Source: Botryllus schlosseri (lineage: Eukaryota). Taken from it: DNA of 64,000 nucleotides. A program made the translations under genes and the position numbers. Under the pieces are notes generated by a model that made no database searches, had not been told where the DNA came from, and was given only the letters and a program-made list of their open reading frames with translations. Location: positions 2,420,001 to 2,484,000 of the forward strand of contig CM119373.1 of assembly GCA_051294905.1 (NCBI GenBank), read 5' to 3'. Within the stretch, counting starts at the first letter, position 1; the number at the start of each line of letters is the position of its first letter. Positions 25,901 to 39,400 of this stretch are shown here, piece by piece.

Positions 25901-28900
25901 GTATAGATTATGCAAGAGGTGTCCTGTCCTATCCTTGCCTAAATATGAGACGCCCTTGTACAGATACTTGGTAGCAGCAGCTTCCACCATCTGACATTTT
26001 ACCCCAATTATTTGCTGGCATTTCGACCATGTAATGAACGGAAACCATATTATCTTTATCGAATCCACACCTTTTTTTACTCCTTATGTCAATGGAATGA
26101 TCATGACTTCCATAAATATGTTCTTCGAGAGGGCCTGACTAAACATAATGCACCCATGCCCTCAGTCCTCACATGCATTCAATTCACTAGATTCAGCTCA
26201 CTCTCCCCCCGAAGATCCATCTCGTAGACCGGAGCAAAGACCCTTTGCCCTTGTACAACCCTAGTATATTAGTATGGACAATACAGATGTCGGCTTGGTC
26301 TAATGGTACATTTCAAATTTCATGTCCTGTAACACGCTGAGCTTCAGAAATATAATATTACAGAGCTTTGGTGACTTGGAACGAGGAAGATCCAGGGCCT
26401 TCTATTACAAGGGATGTTGTTGCTAACACAGCAGTTAGACCGAGTCGATATTAACAAAGTTCTGTTGTTACAAACGGCTTTTCTGCGTTTATCAGATACA
26501 TAACCACTTTCAAGAATATGAAACTGCGATGCCTGAAGGTAGAAAAAGTGTAATGCGTCAAAAAAGCCACTCGGTAGTTCTAGGTAGTTCTGTGTATAAC
26601 TTTTTCATTTGTACTAGATGAGTGATGAAAATCATGGGTAAGGTGGCCTACATAAAATAAATAGAAGTCAAGAAGTTTCAGCCGAACAGCGTAAGATTTG
26701 ACTGAATGCCAGCTCTTCAAAAATGAAAATGCGTCAAAAAAGCCACTTGATCGTTCTAGTGAAAGGCTATCACAAAACTAACTGAAGAATTATTTTGTAA
26801 ACGAATATGTGTATAAATACAATTTAATTGAGAGAAGTATAACGTGAATTCGTTCGTCCGGTAGAGAGAGCTGTTGTTTCTCAGAGCACGCGTGTCGAAA
26901 TCGACGTCGTAAACGAGGTCGCGTCGATTGTATGATTACTAATCACGGATTACAATTTATTTGGCCGTTAAGCACTAGTTTAAGCTGCGTATACAATTAG
27001 TCGCGCGCGTATCGGTTAATAGTAAATAGTTGGCATTTACGCGATAATCACAGACTCGCTAATTGACAGCACAGACGGCGGGCGTTTAAGCATTTTGTAT
27101 GGGGTGGCCGCCACCCCATAATTATGTCATGGGGTGGCTGCGCCACCCCGCCACCCCGTAACTCGGCGCCTATGACTGGAGACGTCGAGTTGATTGTGCA
27201 ATGTCCATCTATCTGATGCTTGCTGCCCTGACAATCCTCAATCCCTTACATCAGATAACGAAATCAGAATTCATCCGCTACTTGTTGTTGTTGTTCGTGG
27301 TATTCATGGTGTTTGTCGACTATGGTCAGTTACACAAGGCCAGTTATCTTCATTTTTTTTATTCCGCAGCGGCCGACATGTAAAACGGCCCACCTCTAGA
27401 CTTTTTTGAGACATCGCTTACACGGAGGAGATGGCAAGGAGCAGCCTAGACAAACCTCCAACACATGGATAGGAATTTTGGAGTCGACCTTACTGGTACT
27501 GAAGTAAGATTGGGACCTCCGTGCACATAACCAAGATAATAATCTACCCGCGCCTGATTACTGATTACCATCGCCCAGAGTTAAAGCGGGCTGCAATGTG
27601 TATTGTAAACAAATTCATCAGACGTGAATAGCTTACCCATGTTGTTACCAAGTCACAAGGTTCCGAGTCACACGTAAATCTCACTTTGGTATAGTTTATA
27701 ACGAGCCACGTCGAGTCATTTTCATCTCATCAACGAGCCATGTCAAAGTCCAAGTTGGGGAGCACACGGTCGATTCATTCATAGTGTTGAGACTTGTGTC
27801 AGAGTCCAGGTCATCATGTTCACTGTTCAATTTCGCATTAGAGTCATATTCCTTTGTCCCAACCATTTTTCCGACTTTGGGTGATATTGAATGTCTCGTA
27901 TTCGTAATATACAAATATTTTCACTATCACCATCGTATAGTGACATACTAAATAGGCTACGTATATTGTGGCGACTTTACTATTCGAAGCTACTTTCAAA
28001 CTCCTATCGGGGCCGTCCGAGTCTCGGGCCATATGACTTGGCCAATTCATACATTATGACTATCGACACAAGTTGAGTTAGCCGTTGCACCCAACAACTG
28101 AAGAGGAAAGATTGGGAGATTGCGCCTGAAAACATTCACTCAATCAAAATAGGTAGTATTGCTCTCCGCAAAATTATACAACATGCGCCATTTGGATAGT
28201 GCTTTGCACTAATGCGCGACAAAACCGTATTTTCATGTTGTTATTGTTCTGTATTCGCGGTGTTTCGACATCTATGGTCAATTGGTCATTTTAAACCAAG
28301 CCGATATTGCTTGTATGATTCCTGAGGTGCCGTCTTGTAGCACGGTCCTCGTTAGTTCTAGGCTTTTATACGTCACCGCACATGCGATGCTGATGGCGAT
28401 GCGGAGCATATACATAAAATGACCCACAAAGCTTAGGAAGGTATATTGTGGAGTCGGTCGGACTCGAAGTTGCAACCCTGTTACCTAGGGTTACCATATT
28501 TTGGTATCGGGAAAGGATGACACTTTCGGTAAATCATGAAAGTTGGTTTACCAGAATTTGAAACAGCTGATTTTGAAATATTTTTGTAAACCTTATGTTG
28601 ACTTAAAAAAAGGGCCATCGATCTGACTCGATTCTTGGATGTCATCTGCTCGAACTGGCACATTACGTATTTCGCGTCATTTATGGCGATTTTCATTTGA
28701 CCCTGGCCATTAGCCTTGTTGTCAAATCTGTAAACGATGGCGTATTTTAAAAGAAAGCGGGCACTTAGGCGACCTCGGAGGACATTTTCGATTTCTTGTA
28801 AAAGGAAGACAACTTTTATACTTTTTGAGCACACCGCTTACGTGGATAACTTGACCAGGGAGTGATCAGTGGTGGCCAACCTGCGGCCGCAGAAGGAAAT

Positions 28901-29465
28901 TTGTGTGGCCATGGACACGTATTTTCATTAGTATGTGTTGGCGGCTGTCGACATGAAAATGGAATTGGCTTATTTACTCCCAAATTTTTAGGAGACTTTG
29001 ATCAACCTTGATAATTTCTTCACGCTGCGCGCGATTCCACGCGACTTTATTTTATTATTTTAATATAGCAGCGCTCTTTGCAACCTGAGCACCACATTAC
29101 AGATGTAAACAGCAACGAAAAATCATGCGCCCCATATAAAAAATACCAACTTGGAATCGTGTCCTCCTCACTTAAGAAGTAATGTTTCTATGGTGCGTTT
29201 TGGCGATTTCGATATCCGTAGGCGCATCATCATTTATAAATTGGCCTAAATTTTCGAAAATACCCCCTCCATCAATTTTACCGGGGAATCTGATCACATT
29301 GGCTGAGAAAAGATAAATGTTTGATAGTAAAATGTGACACTACGAATATTAATGAAAAAATTTATTCGTGAATCTCAAGATTTTTGGCGCTTCGCGCGAC
29401 CATGTCACCATTAAGAATCCGTTCATAATATGATCACATGCGATTTTGGTGCGTAGCCTATATAG

Positions 29466-31540
29466 CAGTGGTCGGGAACCTTTTTTGTCCGAAGAGCCAT
29501 AGTGACCCCATATTTTCCATCTTAACTTCCAAAGAGCCATACGTTTTAATCAGCTAATACGTCACAATTGAAAAATTGTGACGACATGGTAGCGTAAATT
29601 CGTCGACTTTCGTCAGTTGTACGAAATCGTAGGTTCGTCTTCACGATATTTTTAAATGCGAGGACCCATGGGGACATAAGTAGGCGGAGCCAAAAATGAT
29701 GGTCACTACACAGCAGCATGCATACTAGGGCTGTCCAAAAATAACTTATTTTAGTGGATTTCAGTCGTTCAGCTATCAAATTGTCAGGTTACCCTAAAAA
29801 ACGCTACATACCAAATTTGGTTCAATTCTAACAAGTATAGGGCTCCGCAGATCCAATTAAATTTTTTAATTTAAACAGGAAAATTGAAAAAAAAATTTCA
29901 AATTTTTCTGTCAACCCCATGAAATTGTTGAGCTGTCTTCAGAGACGATGCAAAACAAATTTTACTCAATTCCAACTAGTAGAAACGGAGTTATTGGAGT
30001 TTTTCGTTGATATTTCTCGGATTATCCTTGATTGGTGGATAATACGAGGATTATCGACGAAAAACTCCAATAACTCCACTTCTACTAGTTGGAATTGAGT
30101 CAAATTTGTTTTGCATCGTCCATGAAGACAGCTCAACAATTTTATGGGGTTGACAGAGAAATTTGAATTTTTTTTTTCAATTTTCCTGGTTAAATTAAAA
30201 AAATTTATTGGATCTGCGGAGCCCTATACTTGTTAGAATTGAACCAAATTTGGTGTACAGCGTTTTTTAGGGTAACCTGACAATTTAATGACTGACCGAA
30301 TGGAATTCAGAAAAAACGTTATTTTTGAACAGCCCTAATGCATACCCACTGTAATGTGTGATGTGTCAGTGACGTGGTTTCAGGGGAGGCACGTGAGGCA
30401 GTGCCTTACCTGTCTACTAGATTTTGAACATTTTTACTACGAAAATCACGCAACTTACCTATTTATTGTTCGAAAATATAGCGTGAAACGGGAGGTAAGG
30501 CATTGGTGAGGCACGGCCGGGATTAGCATAGCGCAATTCTTCGTAAATATCAGAGAATTTGTAATAACTGATAACACTGGTCAACACATATTTTTAGGCA
30601 TACAAAGTAAGAGTGGGGTTGGTGGTTCTGAAGGGCGCTGATTCCGAAAATGACCTTAGTTTTTTCAAATTGGCTCTTGTTTTGGAGATAACTCATGGGG
30701 ACGACATGAGGTTTCTTCATAGTCAATTATTATCTATTGAAGTGCAGTATAAAATTGGAACAAACTACGATTTTCTTCTTGCCAAGGGAAATATTCAATG
30801 GTAAATACAGTAATTTTAGACTTTTTTAGGGGTACAAGAGCCAATCTCTAATCACTAATGTGATATTCGCAATCAGCAACCTCGAAAACCCCAGAAACGG
30901 CTCTTAGACCGAAGTCGCGATTATATTTATTCGTATCGCATACTTCATTTCATGAATCCATGCGGAATAAAATATTTCAAACAAAATTGAATGTAATAGC
31001 CACACCGATTCCGATTCGATTTCTAAATCCTCAAAGTATTCGGCGGTAACACAACGTTGTGCCACACGCCTACATCTGAACGGCAGCTGCAAAGTCACGT
31101 TGTCAATCAAGAACGTGGATCACTATGGCGTTGTTTGTAATTTGAATTTGTAATTGTGAATGTCACTTCCACGGAGTTCATTTCTCGCCGTAGATCAGGA
31201 AGAAAATGTGTATTTGAAAACTACATTGTCATACAGGCGTCGCCTTGTCTGCTATTCTCATTGAGCAATCAACGCATCGTGCAATCCGAGATTTCGTGGC
31301 GCAGGCGAGACAGCAACTTAGATTTGAGGATTTTGAAATGGGGTCCGAGCCCGTAACCCTGAATACGCCACTTTATTCACCTCTCAAAGACATGTTTATA
31401 CTGCCACAAGAATAATTATACTGGTCGTGCTGAGGATTTAATAACAAGTTGCTGCAATATTGATAAATTATGCACAAAATTAAAATTTTTGCAAAGAGCC
31501 ATACTTTATGCCCAAAAGAGCCATAGGTTCCCGACCACTG
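29466..31540. mobile_element. Non-autonomous hAT element containing further insertions
   Basis: TIR cagtggtcgggaacct/aggttcccgaccactg; perfect TSD CTATATAG; aagagccata subterminal repeats. Confidence 0.92.
29726..30337. mobile_element. Fold-back (near fully palindromic) hAT MITE, 612 bp
   Basis: ~300-bp inverted arms tagggctgtccaaaa...tttttgaacagcccta; perfect TSD ATGCATAC. Confidence 0.92.
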
Positions 31541-31719
31541 CTATATAGTAAGCCGATATGAATAAATAGGTTAGTATTGAGCTCACCCAAAATGGACACG
31601 GACAGTTTAAATTGGGTATTTGACGTCCAGTTTGTTCATTACGAACTATGTCCTGGAATGCGGCTTAAGGCTACATGACTACTCGAAATGCGGCCGTGAA
31701 TAGCAAAAAGATTGCCACC

Positions 31720-31840
31720 CCTGATCTACTTAAACCTCCAACACTTAGGTAGGAATTCAGGAGTCGAACTCGGTCGTACTCGAACCCACAAACCATTGGT
31801 GTTGCAGCTGTGGAACGTACCATCTCACCACAGCACTGTG
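31720..31840 (-). mobile_element. tRNA-derived SINE-like repeat
   Basis: Reverse complement contains tggtgagatgg...gggttcgagtacgaccgagttcgactcc, homologous to 20315-20420. Confidence 0.6.
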
Positions 31841-32726
31841 TTGTAGCATATATAGGATCATGTGGTACAAACATACCTACGTTAGTGTAAATGATCTAGT
31901 TGTAAAGTCAGGATGCAACTACTACACTGTCGAAAAGTGCAATGAAACTAGTGGTCGTTAATATCGCTAATGTAACGCAGTGCTGGCATTATATGATTTA
32001 GGCTTCATGAAAAGTACAACTTGTTTTATTTTTATGCTATTCCAGCTATATTCCTAACGTGCAATACTGCGGCGGCTACTCTATCATTCGGTTTCCTGAT
32101 ATTGAAAACAATATATATTTCGACTTTACCCTTCCAAATATCACTGCGTACCACTCTTTTTATAGCCTGGATTTACCGCGGCGTCTACTATGCACTGCCG
32201 ATGACGAAGATAGGCAAAATATGTACAACATTGATGCTCTAATATTTATATTGATTATTATAGAAAGAAAAAAAATAACACTATGCTCCAAATATCGGTA
32301 GTTATTCTGTAACATAAATTTATTCAGGGTTAGACAATATCAAATCAATTACAACCCGTCACGTAATTATCAAGTCATGCGAACAAAAGTAAAGCCATAA
32401 CTATATAGATCATTTCATATGCATTCCCATTAAATTCCTGACGAGCTTTCACGTCATATTTTCAATTCATCTTCCCCGCAGGATATTACCTAACATTGTT
32501 ACATTGATTCACTACGATGCTATCTATTTTACAGTCACCATTAATTAACAAAAGTCAATATTTGAAACAATGTAGCTCATTTCAATCTTCGCACAGCTTA
32601 GTATATATCAATATTGATAACTATAATATTGGATGTATAATTGTATATATATGGCGAAATAATTCTCATTATCCGTTCTTATTGACAATGGCAGAAGATT
32701 GAAGAAATGTGTGAAGGTTAAATATA

Positions 32727-32848
32727 TCACTCCGTGTTATTTACAATCACAGATAACATTTCGATACCGCGTGCGTTGATATGCAGGTCACCCCGCACCA
32801 ACACTGGTACATGGCTGAGTGGCTGATCCTGATTTGGACGATCAGATC
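32727..32848 (-). CDS. Candidate terminal exon (GSDRPNQDQPLSHVPVLVRGDLHINARGIEMLSVIVNNTE*)
   Basis: Strong acceptor ttcattttag|G in phase 1, matching donor CCAG|GTGGGA at 35208; AATAAA on the minus strand at 32319-32324. Alternatively the gene stops at 35194. Confidence 0.45.
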
Positions 32849-35800
32849 CTAAAATGAACCAGACATCTTCATCAATTACGATCCACTTTATATAGTTTTA
32901 CTATAATTAGGGCGAAGCATATTGGCTCGAATATGCTCCACTCCAAATCGAGTATTAATTGTAATGATCTAGCGGTAGAAGGTGTGACAATTTTCTCGAT
33001 CACTAAATATATACTATCGTATTCACTCAGATGTATATAAACAACGGAAATTATATATTCGATAGTTGCTTCATACCAAAAGATCCTTGCAGCCTCGATT
33101 AGTCATATCACAAAGAGCATGTGGCGAGAAGCATAGGCCTAGGTGCGTAAATGGCATCTAGTTTATGTGAAATCTTGATCAAGCCGTCAGCATTGGCAGC
33201 AAAGTAGGGATGGTGTGAACGTGAGGACCAAGTTCACATTCTGTGTGTGAACCTTCTAGATATGGAGGTTCGCGTTAGCAAACAAACCTTGGTATGTTCT
33301 GCACTGTGGACCTTTTTCATTTATTACAATTTGTCAGGTCATTATAACATCTTTTGTTAAACTTCATTCCATTTAAACCATTTGTGCTGGGAGTCAGAAA
33401 AGAAACATGGATGAATGAATGTAGGATTGTAGGGTTAGAATTGGCAATATGACGTCACGTGTCATGATTACGGTTGCATTTAAAACAGAAATGTTCAAAA
33501 CAAGGAATATGTTCAGAACACTGCTTAGAGCATGTTTTAAACAAACAGTTTTAAAACACCGTTTGTTTTAAATCGAACCCTAGTCGACAGAGGTTCACGT
33601 TTGCGTTCAGACAGGATGTTTCAAAAAGGTTGGGGTTCATGCAAACCAGAACCTTTCATAGGTCCACACCATCAGCGCACAGCAACAAGTACAATGATCA
33701 ACGTACGGTCGAAATAAATACCAAATCTTCTTTAATATGATGTGTACACTGCGCATAGTACATGGTAGTATTTTCTTTGTTGACGCATAAAGTGTATATA
33801 ATTCCACACTCTGTATATCCATACTGGAATTACGACGTAATGAATGATAGTCTGATACAGATGACTCCAAACCAAATGCTGTGTTCGTAATCGAATCGCC
33901 GAGGTATACTCGATTTTTACCTACTCTAATTAGAATATAACAATATACCGGTCTTAATTCTATATCGCTATAGTTTCCGTCTGCTGCTGGAGTTTTGGCT
34001 TTTATTTTTTTAGGCTATTATCTCCCGAATCGTCAAGTTACTGTAGCAAGTTCTTAGGATTGTTATTCAAGTATTTGTGATCTCCGGCAGGAGAGCACAT
34101 GAATCGCATGGAATCTTTGACCCGTACACCGATCAAGCAGGTGCCTTATAGCGGAAATTAGAGGTTAACACACTCTGTCCTTATCAGTCTAAATATTATT
34201 CACTGGTCCCATCTTAAGGGGAAGATAAAAAAATTCGTAGTCGTTTTTGAGAGAATTTTGAGAAAATTGAATGGTCTTGACCTATAGTGAGAATAACTTG
34301 ATCACTATCACTTCCCAGCTTCACAGTATCTATGCCGGCAAAATGACTTTATAAATTTGAATCGACATGCCCACTCTCAGGTAATTTTATGATTCAATTT
34401 ACAGGATTTCATGAATTGATCATTCGTGGCCACGACGAGAAGGACCGTTCTCTCAGTAGGGGTGTATTGTTGAATTTAATTGATAACACAGTAGTTTCGA
34501 GCAAGAATCATACTGAGACAGTATCAATGGGTTAGGTACTCTCGAAGGTAGGCTACATCTCACGGCAAAATAGTTGAAAATGATTGATTTGGAGGATTCA
34601 TGTGGCTAACACGAAGTCATAATTTCATACCAGAATTCGTCACTGTAGCGGGATTTTGACAACAAATTGCCGCCTACCCGTTAATATGGCGAGCCATCAC
34701 TGATATTATGAAACAAAAAGATATAATATATCATTGTAAGGTACTTGTAACAATGGAGTATTTTGGCACCGGATCCTAACACTATTCTTGGTAATCGGGG
34801 TTATTGTCAGACCATTCCTAACGATAATACAAATAGTTATAGCATATGCCTACAATCAATGATATTTCTGATGGTTATCCCGGCAAAATAACAACCAGAC
34901 ATACATGGTTGTCCCTTAACACGAGAACTCAGTGGATAAATTTATCAGTAAAATTGGAACGTGTTAAGTTAATCTGCTGAAAAATAAGTGTGCAGAGCTC
35001 TGTGAAACTGCACACCGTTCAGTCAAAATTCAGTAGCACCATAGTGGAATGGAACCAACGAAACAGGAAAGTTCATGCTAGGCCACATAAATTACCGCAA
35101 TTCATCGTATAAATACTGCATTGATATTCAATAAGCAGTTGAAGTCTACATAACTCCTACAAAATCATCATAATAGTGGTAGTGCATTCGCTTTTAATAT
35201 CTCCCACCTGGATCAATTCTGTATGGAAAGCAGTCGGGACTTCGCAACTCCCTTTCTCCGTCTTTAAGTTCAACCCGAATAGTGAATTCGATATTTGACA
35301 TAGGCTCGTCGCCTCTTAAATGACAACGTCGGAATGATGAGGTTGCATACTTAACGATTTTGCGAATATCAGGCGTGAGCAAGCCACTTTCGACAAACCG
35401 AAAACCCTGTTTATGGTTATCGCACGTCATACACATTCGGATTTTCTGGTTCCTTCTGCACGGTTGTGGACTGAGTTTCCTCATCCTCACATCATCTCCC
35501 AAGTCTTGTCTCATGTCGTTCAGCAACTGCGTTTTGGCAAGATGAGTGTCAAGAACCATCGCTACCACAAACTCTTTGTCCTTGAAAAAAATTACTGGCA
35601 ATATCATATAGGATTGGTTGAAAATATTGCGCAGCGTGGCGACCCAAGGACTAAAATGGCGGGTTTTGAGCTCGACAAATCTGGAATTTTCCGCGGGGAG
35701 AGCTGCGATGTTTTCCCATTTCTTGAAGCGTTCATTGTAATGCATCAAATCCACGACTTGATTGTCATTTTCATAAGGACACCAAGTGTGTAACTTTACA

Positions 35801-36403
35801 GTTGCTGAGTTACGCAGCCTTTTGGCGTCCACGTATAGAGTCGGAGTAATTGCCTCTTTCCCTTCTGGCCATTTTTCTTTGTCTATTTCCGCAGCTATGG
35901 TGATGGTTTGAGCTTCAGAGAAACAACCGGGGGGGAAAGAGACAAAGCAGCCCCCCACTTCGATTTCACAACCGTCCGTTCCTACGTTAACTGTTTTGAT
36001 TTGAGTTGGTACTTTTCTAACGTTTTCTTTCACGTCTTTAGCTTGTAGAGTTGATATAAGTGTCTTCGCCCTTACCGCGCCTAAAATTGCAAACTCCACA
36101 GTGATATTATCAGTGACTCACTGGAATCAGTAATATTAAACGATGTTTTATTGACAATTCCCCTTTAAACAAAATCAGATGTTTAAAAAATCACTTTTGA
36201 TAGGAGTTAGCAATGACGCTTGAAGTAAAATAAAATCCAACTGTTGCAAAAATTGTGATTCGGAATGGATATCCAAAGAGTTCGACGAATCAATACGAAG
36301 TTGAAAACTGATCAACATATAATAGCAATGAAGTCACGTTTACTTTCTAAGAAACTTTGAAGTTCCTATGTTCTTCTTTGGAAACCGACTGCACAAATTT
36401 CAA

Positions 36404-36434
<31 letters not shown>

Positions 36435-39400
36435 TACACACACACACACACTCATACAATCACACACACACACACATAGAACACACACACACGCACTAGT
36501 GCGAAGTATGAACCGGAGCCGGATTGGATATATTTTATATATATTTTTCAATTTTGGCCGGAGCCGGATAAGTACTTTTTTGATACTGCCGGAGCATGAT
36601 AAATAATTTCTGATACTGTCAGAATCTTTATGGATAAGCGTGACTTTCGTGACTAAATAACTAACAACCGAGCCGCAAGCCGCGAGCTGCGAGTAGCGTA
36701 TTTTAGACCTCTGCTGTAGACGTATTCTTAATAAGGGTATGCTAGCCTTCACTGAATAATGGGATGAATTGTGCATGCAAATATTCTTGCGAGTCTGGTG
36801 GTTGCGCGAGTTGTACGAGAACACGGGTTTGAATAATAAAGCTCGTTACCAACTTAGTGAGGCGAGATAATGGGGAAAAGCGACTGGGCTAGCATTGCGC
36901 TTAGCGGCCTTTTTGTTTTCGCCATCGCCTTAAGTTTGTCAAGTAGGGCCTACATACCTAGTATCGAACTAGGTATAGACCAATTGTAAATCGAAACTAT
37001 CTTGCCGTCAAATATTGTTAGGTCGTAAGTTGTGAAAGCAGAATCATCCTACTTGAGTACTCCTATAGATTTGAATAATTCTAACGTATGTACATATCCG
37101 CTACTTATATATACACGTCGTATCATGTCTTATTTGTTATTAGGCATTGTTTGTAACGCAGATCACTCTCAGCGTGTGAGCTCACCTGCGAGTTCAAGAT
37201 ACTTGTCAAGCAGTTTCCACCTTTTGACCAAACCTACATCATTTGGCTCCGTGATCACGTCATCAATAACATGCTGTGGCAGGTCTAACCCTTCCGGAGA
37301 TCGCGCGAAGTTTAGCCATCCCTTGTCGTCACACAATCTTGGCGATAAGATCAGGTTATCAAGTTCTTCGTGAAGCTCCTGGCGTTCTCTTTTTCTGGTG
37401 AAATACCGCGCAACCTTGTTACGCACATATTTCGGTGATACATTTTTACCTGCAACAACAAAAAAATGATGACCGTATGTGGACGTGATTTCCAAGGTAG
37501 TCGAACGAATTTTCTGCCTAAAAGTTCGAATGCCATCTTATTTTCGGATCACGGTGATTAAGTTACATCTGAAGATGACTTGCAAACCAGATACGTCACA
37601 TCCAGATAATCATTTATATTTATTTCTACCTCTGAGATGAATCCATTCCCGGAACGATGCGAGACTTTGTTCTTGATGTTCATATTTGGCAACATAGCTT
37701 TTAGGCAAATTAAGCCCTTCTCGCGACGTCAAGAAATCTACCCATTCTTCAAAACCTTTGAACTGTGAATATATTCTCTCGAAGCAGTCTTCATGTCTTT
37801 GCTTCTGATATCGATCGACCATCTGACGGACTTCGTCTACTGACCCATTATATCCTGGGAAAAATAAAAAAATACCTACGGCTTGTGCGACCAACAATAC
37901 AACAATATACCAAACAGGATGAACCAAACAAAACATTTTTATAGCATTTCGAAGGGCCGATTCCGATCACATTTTTGATACTCGAGCCCGAATTCAAGTC
38001 ATTGTGTCCACTTGTTCAGTTTTGAGTTCAAATCCGACCCACCTCAATTTTTCACAACTTCGTTAGAGTGTTATCGAATGCATCGCATTCGTAAGACAGT
38101 AATACAGGTCATGACTATTGTACATATACCCGAACTGATAGACAAAATACTAAAAATGTTGATAACTTAAATTAAAATATTTTAAACTTATTTAGTAGTG
38201 ATGTTGTAAACCTATGACGTCACGTGGCCTCATATTCCTATTTCCGACCACATATCAGTGAAGTGATATATTAATGGACTCGATACCTAGAGACGACACA
38301 GGCCACACTTTTTCAACGTCACCAAATGTATGAACTGGACCAATAATATAATATAATAATCCCATAAAATTTGTTGCTGTATGCTTTCTGGTCAATCTCA
38401 AAGCAGAGAGTCACTTAATATTCAAAAACGGAAAGCTGAATATTTGAGCAAACTTTTGTAACAAAGCAAGTGAAATTTTTGAGACTGGCATGGAGCATGT
38501 TGGTTTCGTGTTGATTTCTTCCTAGGCTACCTGTGCAATAACCATCATACATAGAGTGCCCCGAAGTTTAAATGCAAAGAATTCCAACCAAAGATGTTAA
38601 TAATGACGTGAAGAATTGTAATATATCCAAAATTTTCATAGCGCAGAACCTACCAAAGTTCGTTTGTGAACGTGAACCTCTAAATTTCGGAGGTTCACAC
38701 GCAGAACCTCACGTTCACACCATCCCTAGTATTCAGTGTAAGTAGTACTTTTGAAGTAATTTGAAATGTTGCCGAGATATCTGACGTCTCATCATTTCCC
38801 AGACCCGTTTTACCATTATACGCCGAATACGAATGCGTCAACAAATGTATTACCGTGCAGTTGTTTCCATTTGTTAAATATAAGCGACTGCTGAGACGGC
38901 GTTTCTGTCAGATCTTCGCCGGTTGTGCTATCAAGAAATTCGACCGGGATTCTCATTCCAATTGAAGACTTGAAAAATTCACTCCGTTCTTTCAAGTCAA
39001 TTAGCCTCGCAAATATTTCATTGAACGCCTCGTCAGATGCTTTTTGCTTGTGACGTTTCAGGAGCTCTTCTCTCTTCGAATATCGTACCACCAATTTGTG
39101 AAGATTGTTCGCGGTGGCGGAGTTTTCTTAACGTGTATAGTTACAATGCTGATCAACACATTCATAAATAACCCATAACACTGGTAAACACAATTTTTGT
39201 TGACTTTGATCAGACAATTAATTTCGATTAACTTTAGGGCGCTGAATTCAGAAATGACTTCCGTTTTTCTCTATCACGTAATGTTGTTGGGGTAGGCACC
39301 CACCCCATTGTCTCATAATGCACATAAAAGTACTATACCTGTAATATTTTGTGTTTATTGTATAAAACGTTTCAAAAACCACAAGCATTCGAAAGTAAAT

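Larger units (their letters stand above)
23167..26761 (-). mobile_element. piggyBac relic with transposase remnants
   Basis: TTAA then CACTAGAAC left end; GTTCTAGTG right end (TTAA decayed); subterminal inverted gtggcttttttgacgcat. Remnant peptides GVKCQMVEAAATKYLYKGVSYLGKD (~25930-26010) and GDIIGQVARQYSMRVPTSRRWSVHVF (~23610-23695) match piggyBac motifs. Confidence 0.78.
21249..27174. mobile_element. hAT-type element with CATAGGCGCCGA termini, host of a second nested stack
   Basis: TIR cataggcgccga/tcggcgcctatg; perfect TSD ACTGGAGA (21241-21248 and 27175-27182). Confidence 0.9.

Noticed and set aside
35360..35793. Plus-strand ORFs overlapping the ZU5 exon (similar cases at 37032 and 46748)
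   Set aside because: Antisense shadows of minus-strand coding exons with no recognisable motifs.
36366..36824. 152-aa ORF with a CVCVC run
   Set aside because: Translation of a (TG)n microsatellite and repeat fragment within an intron.
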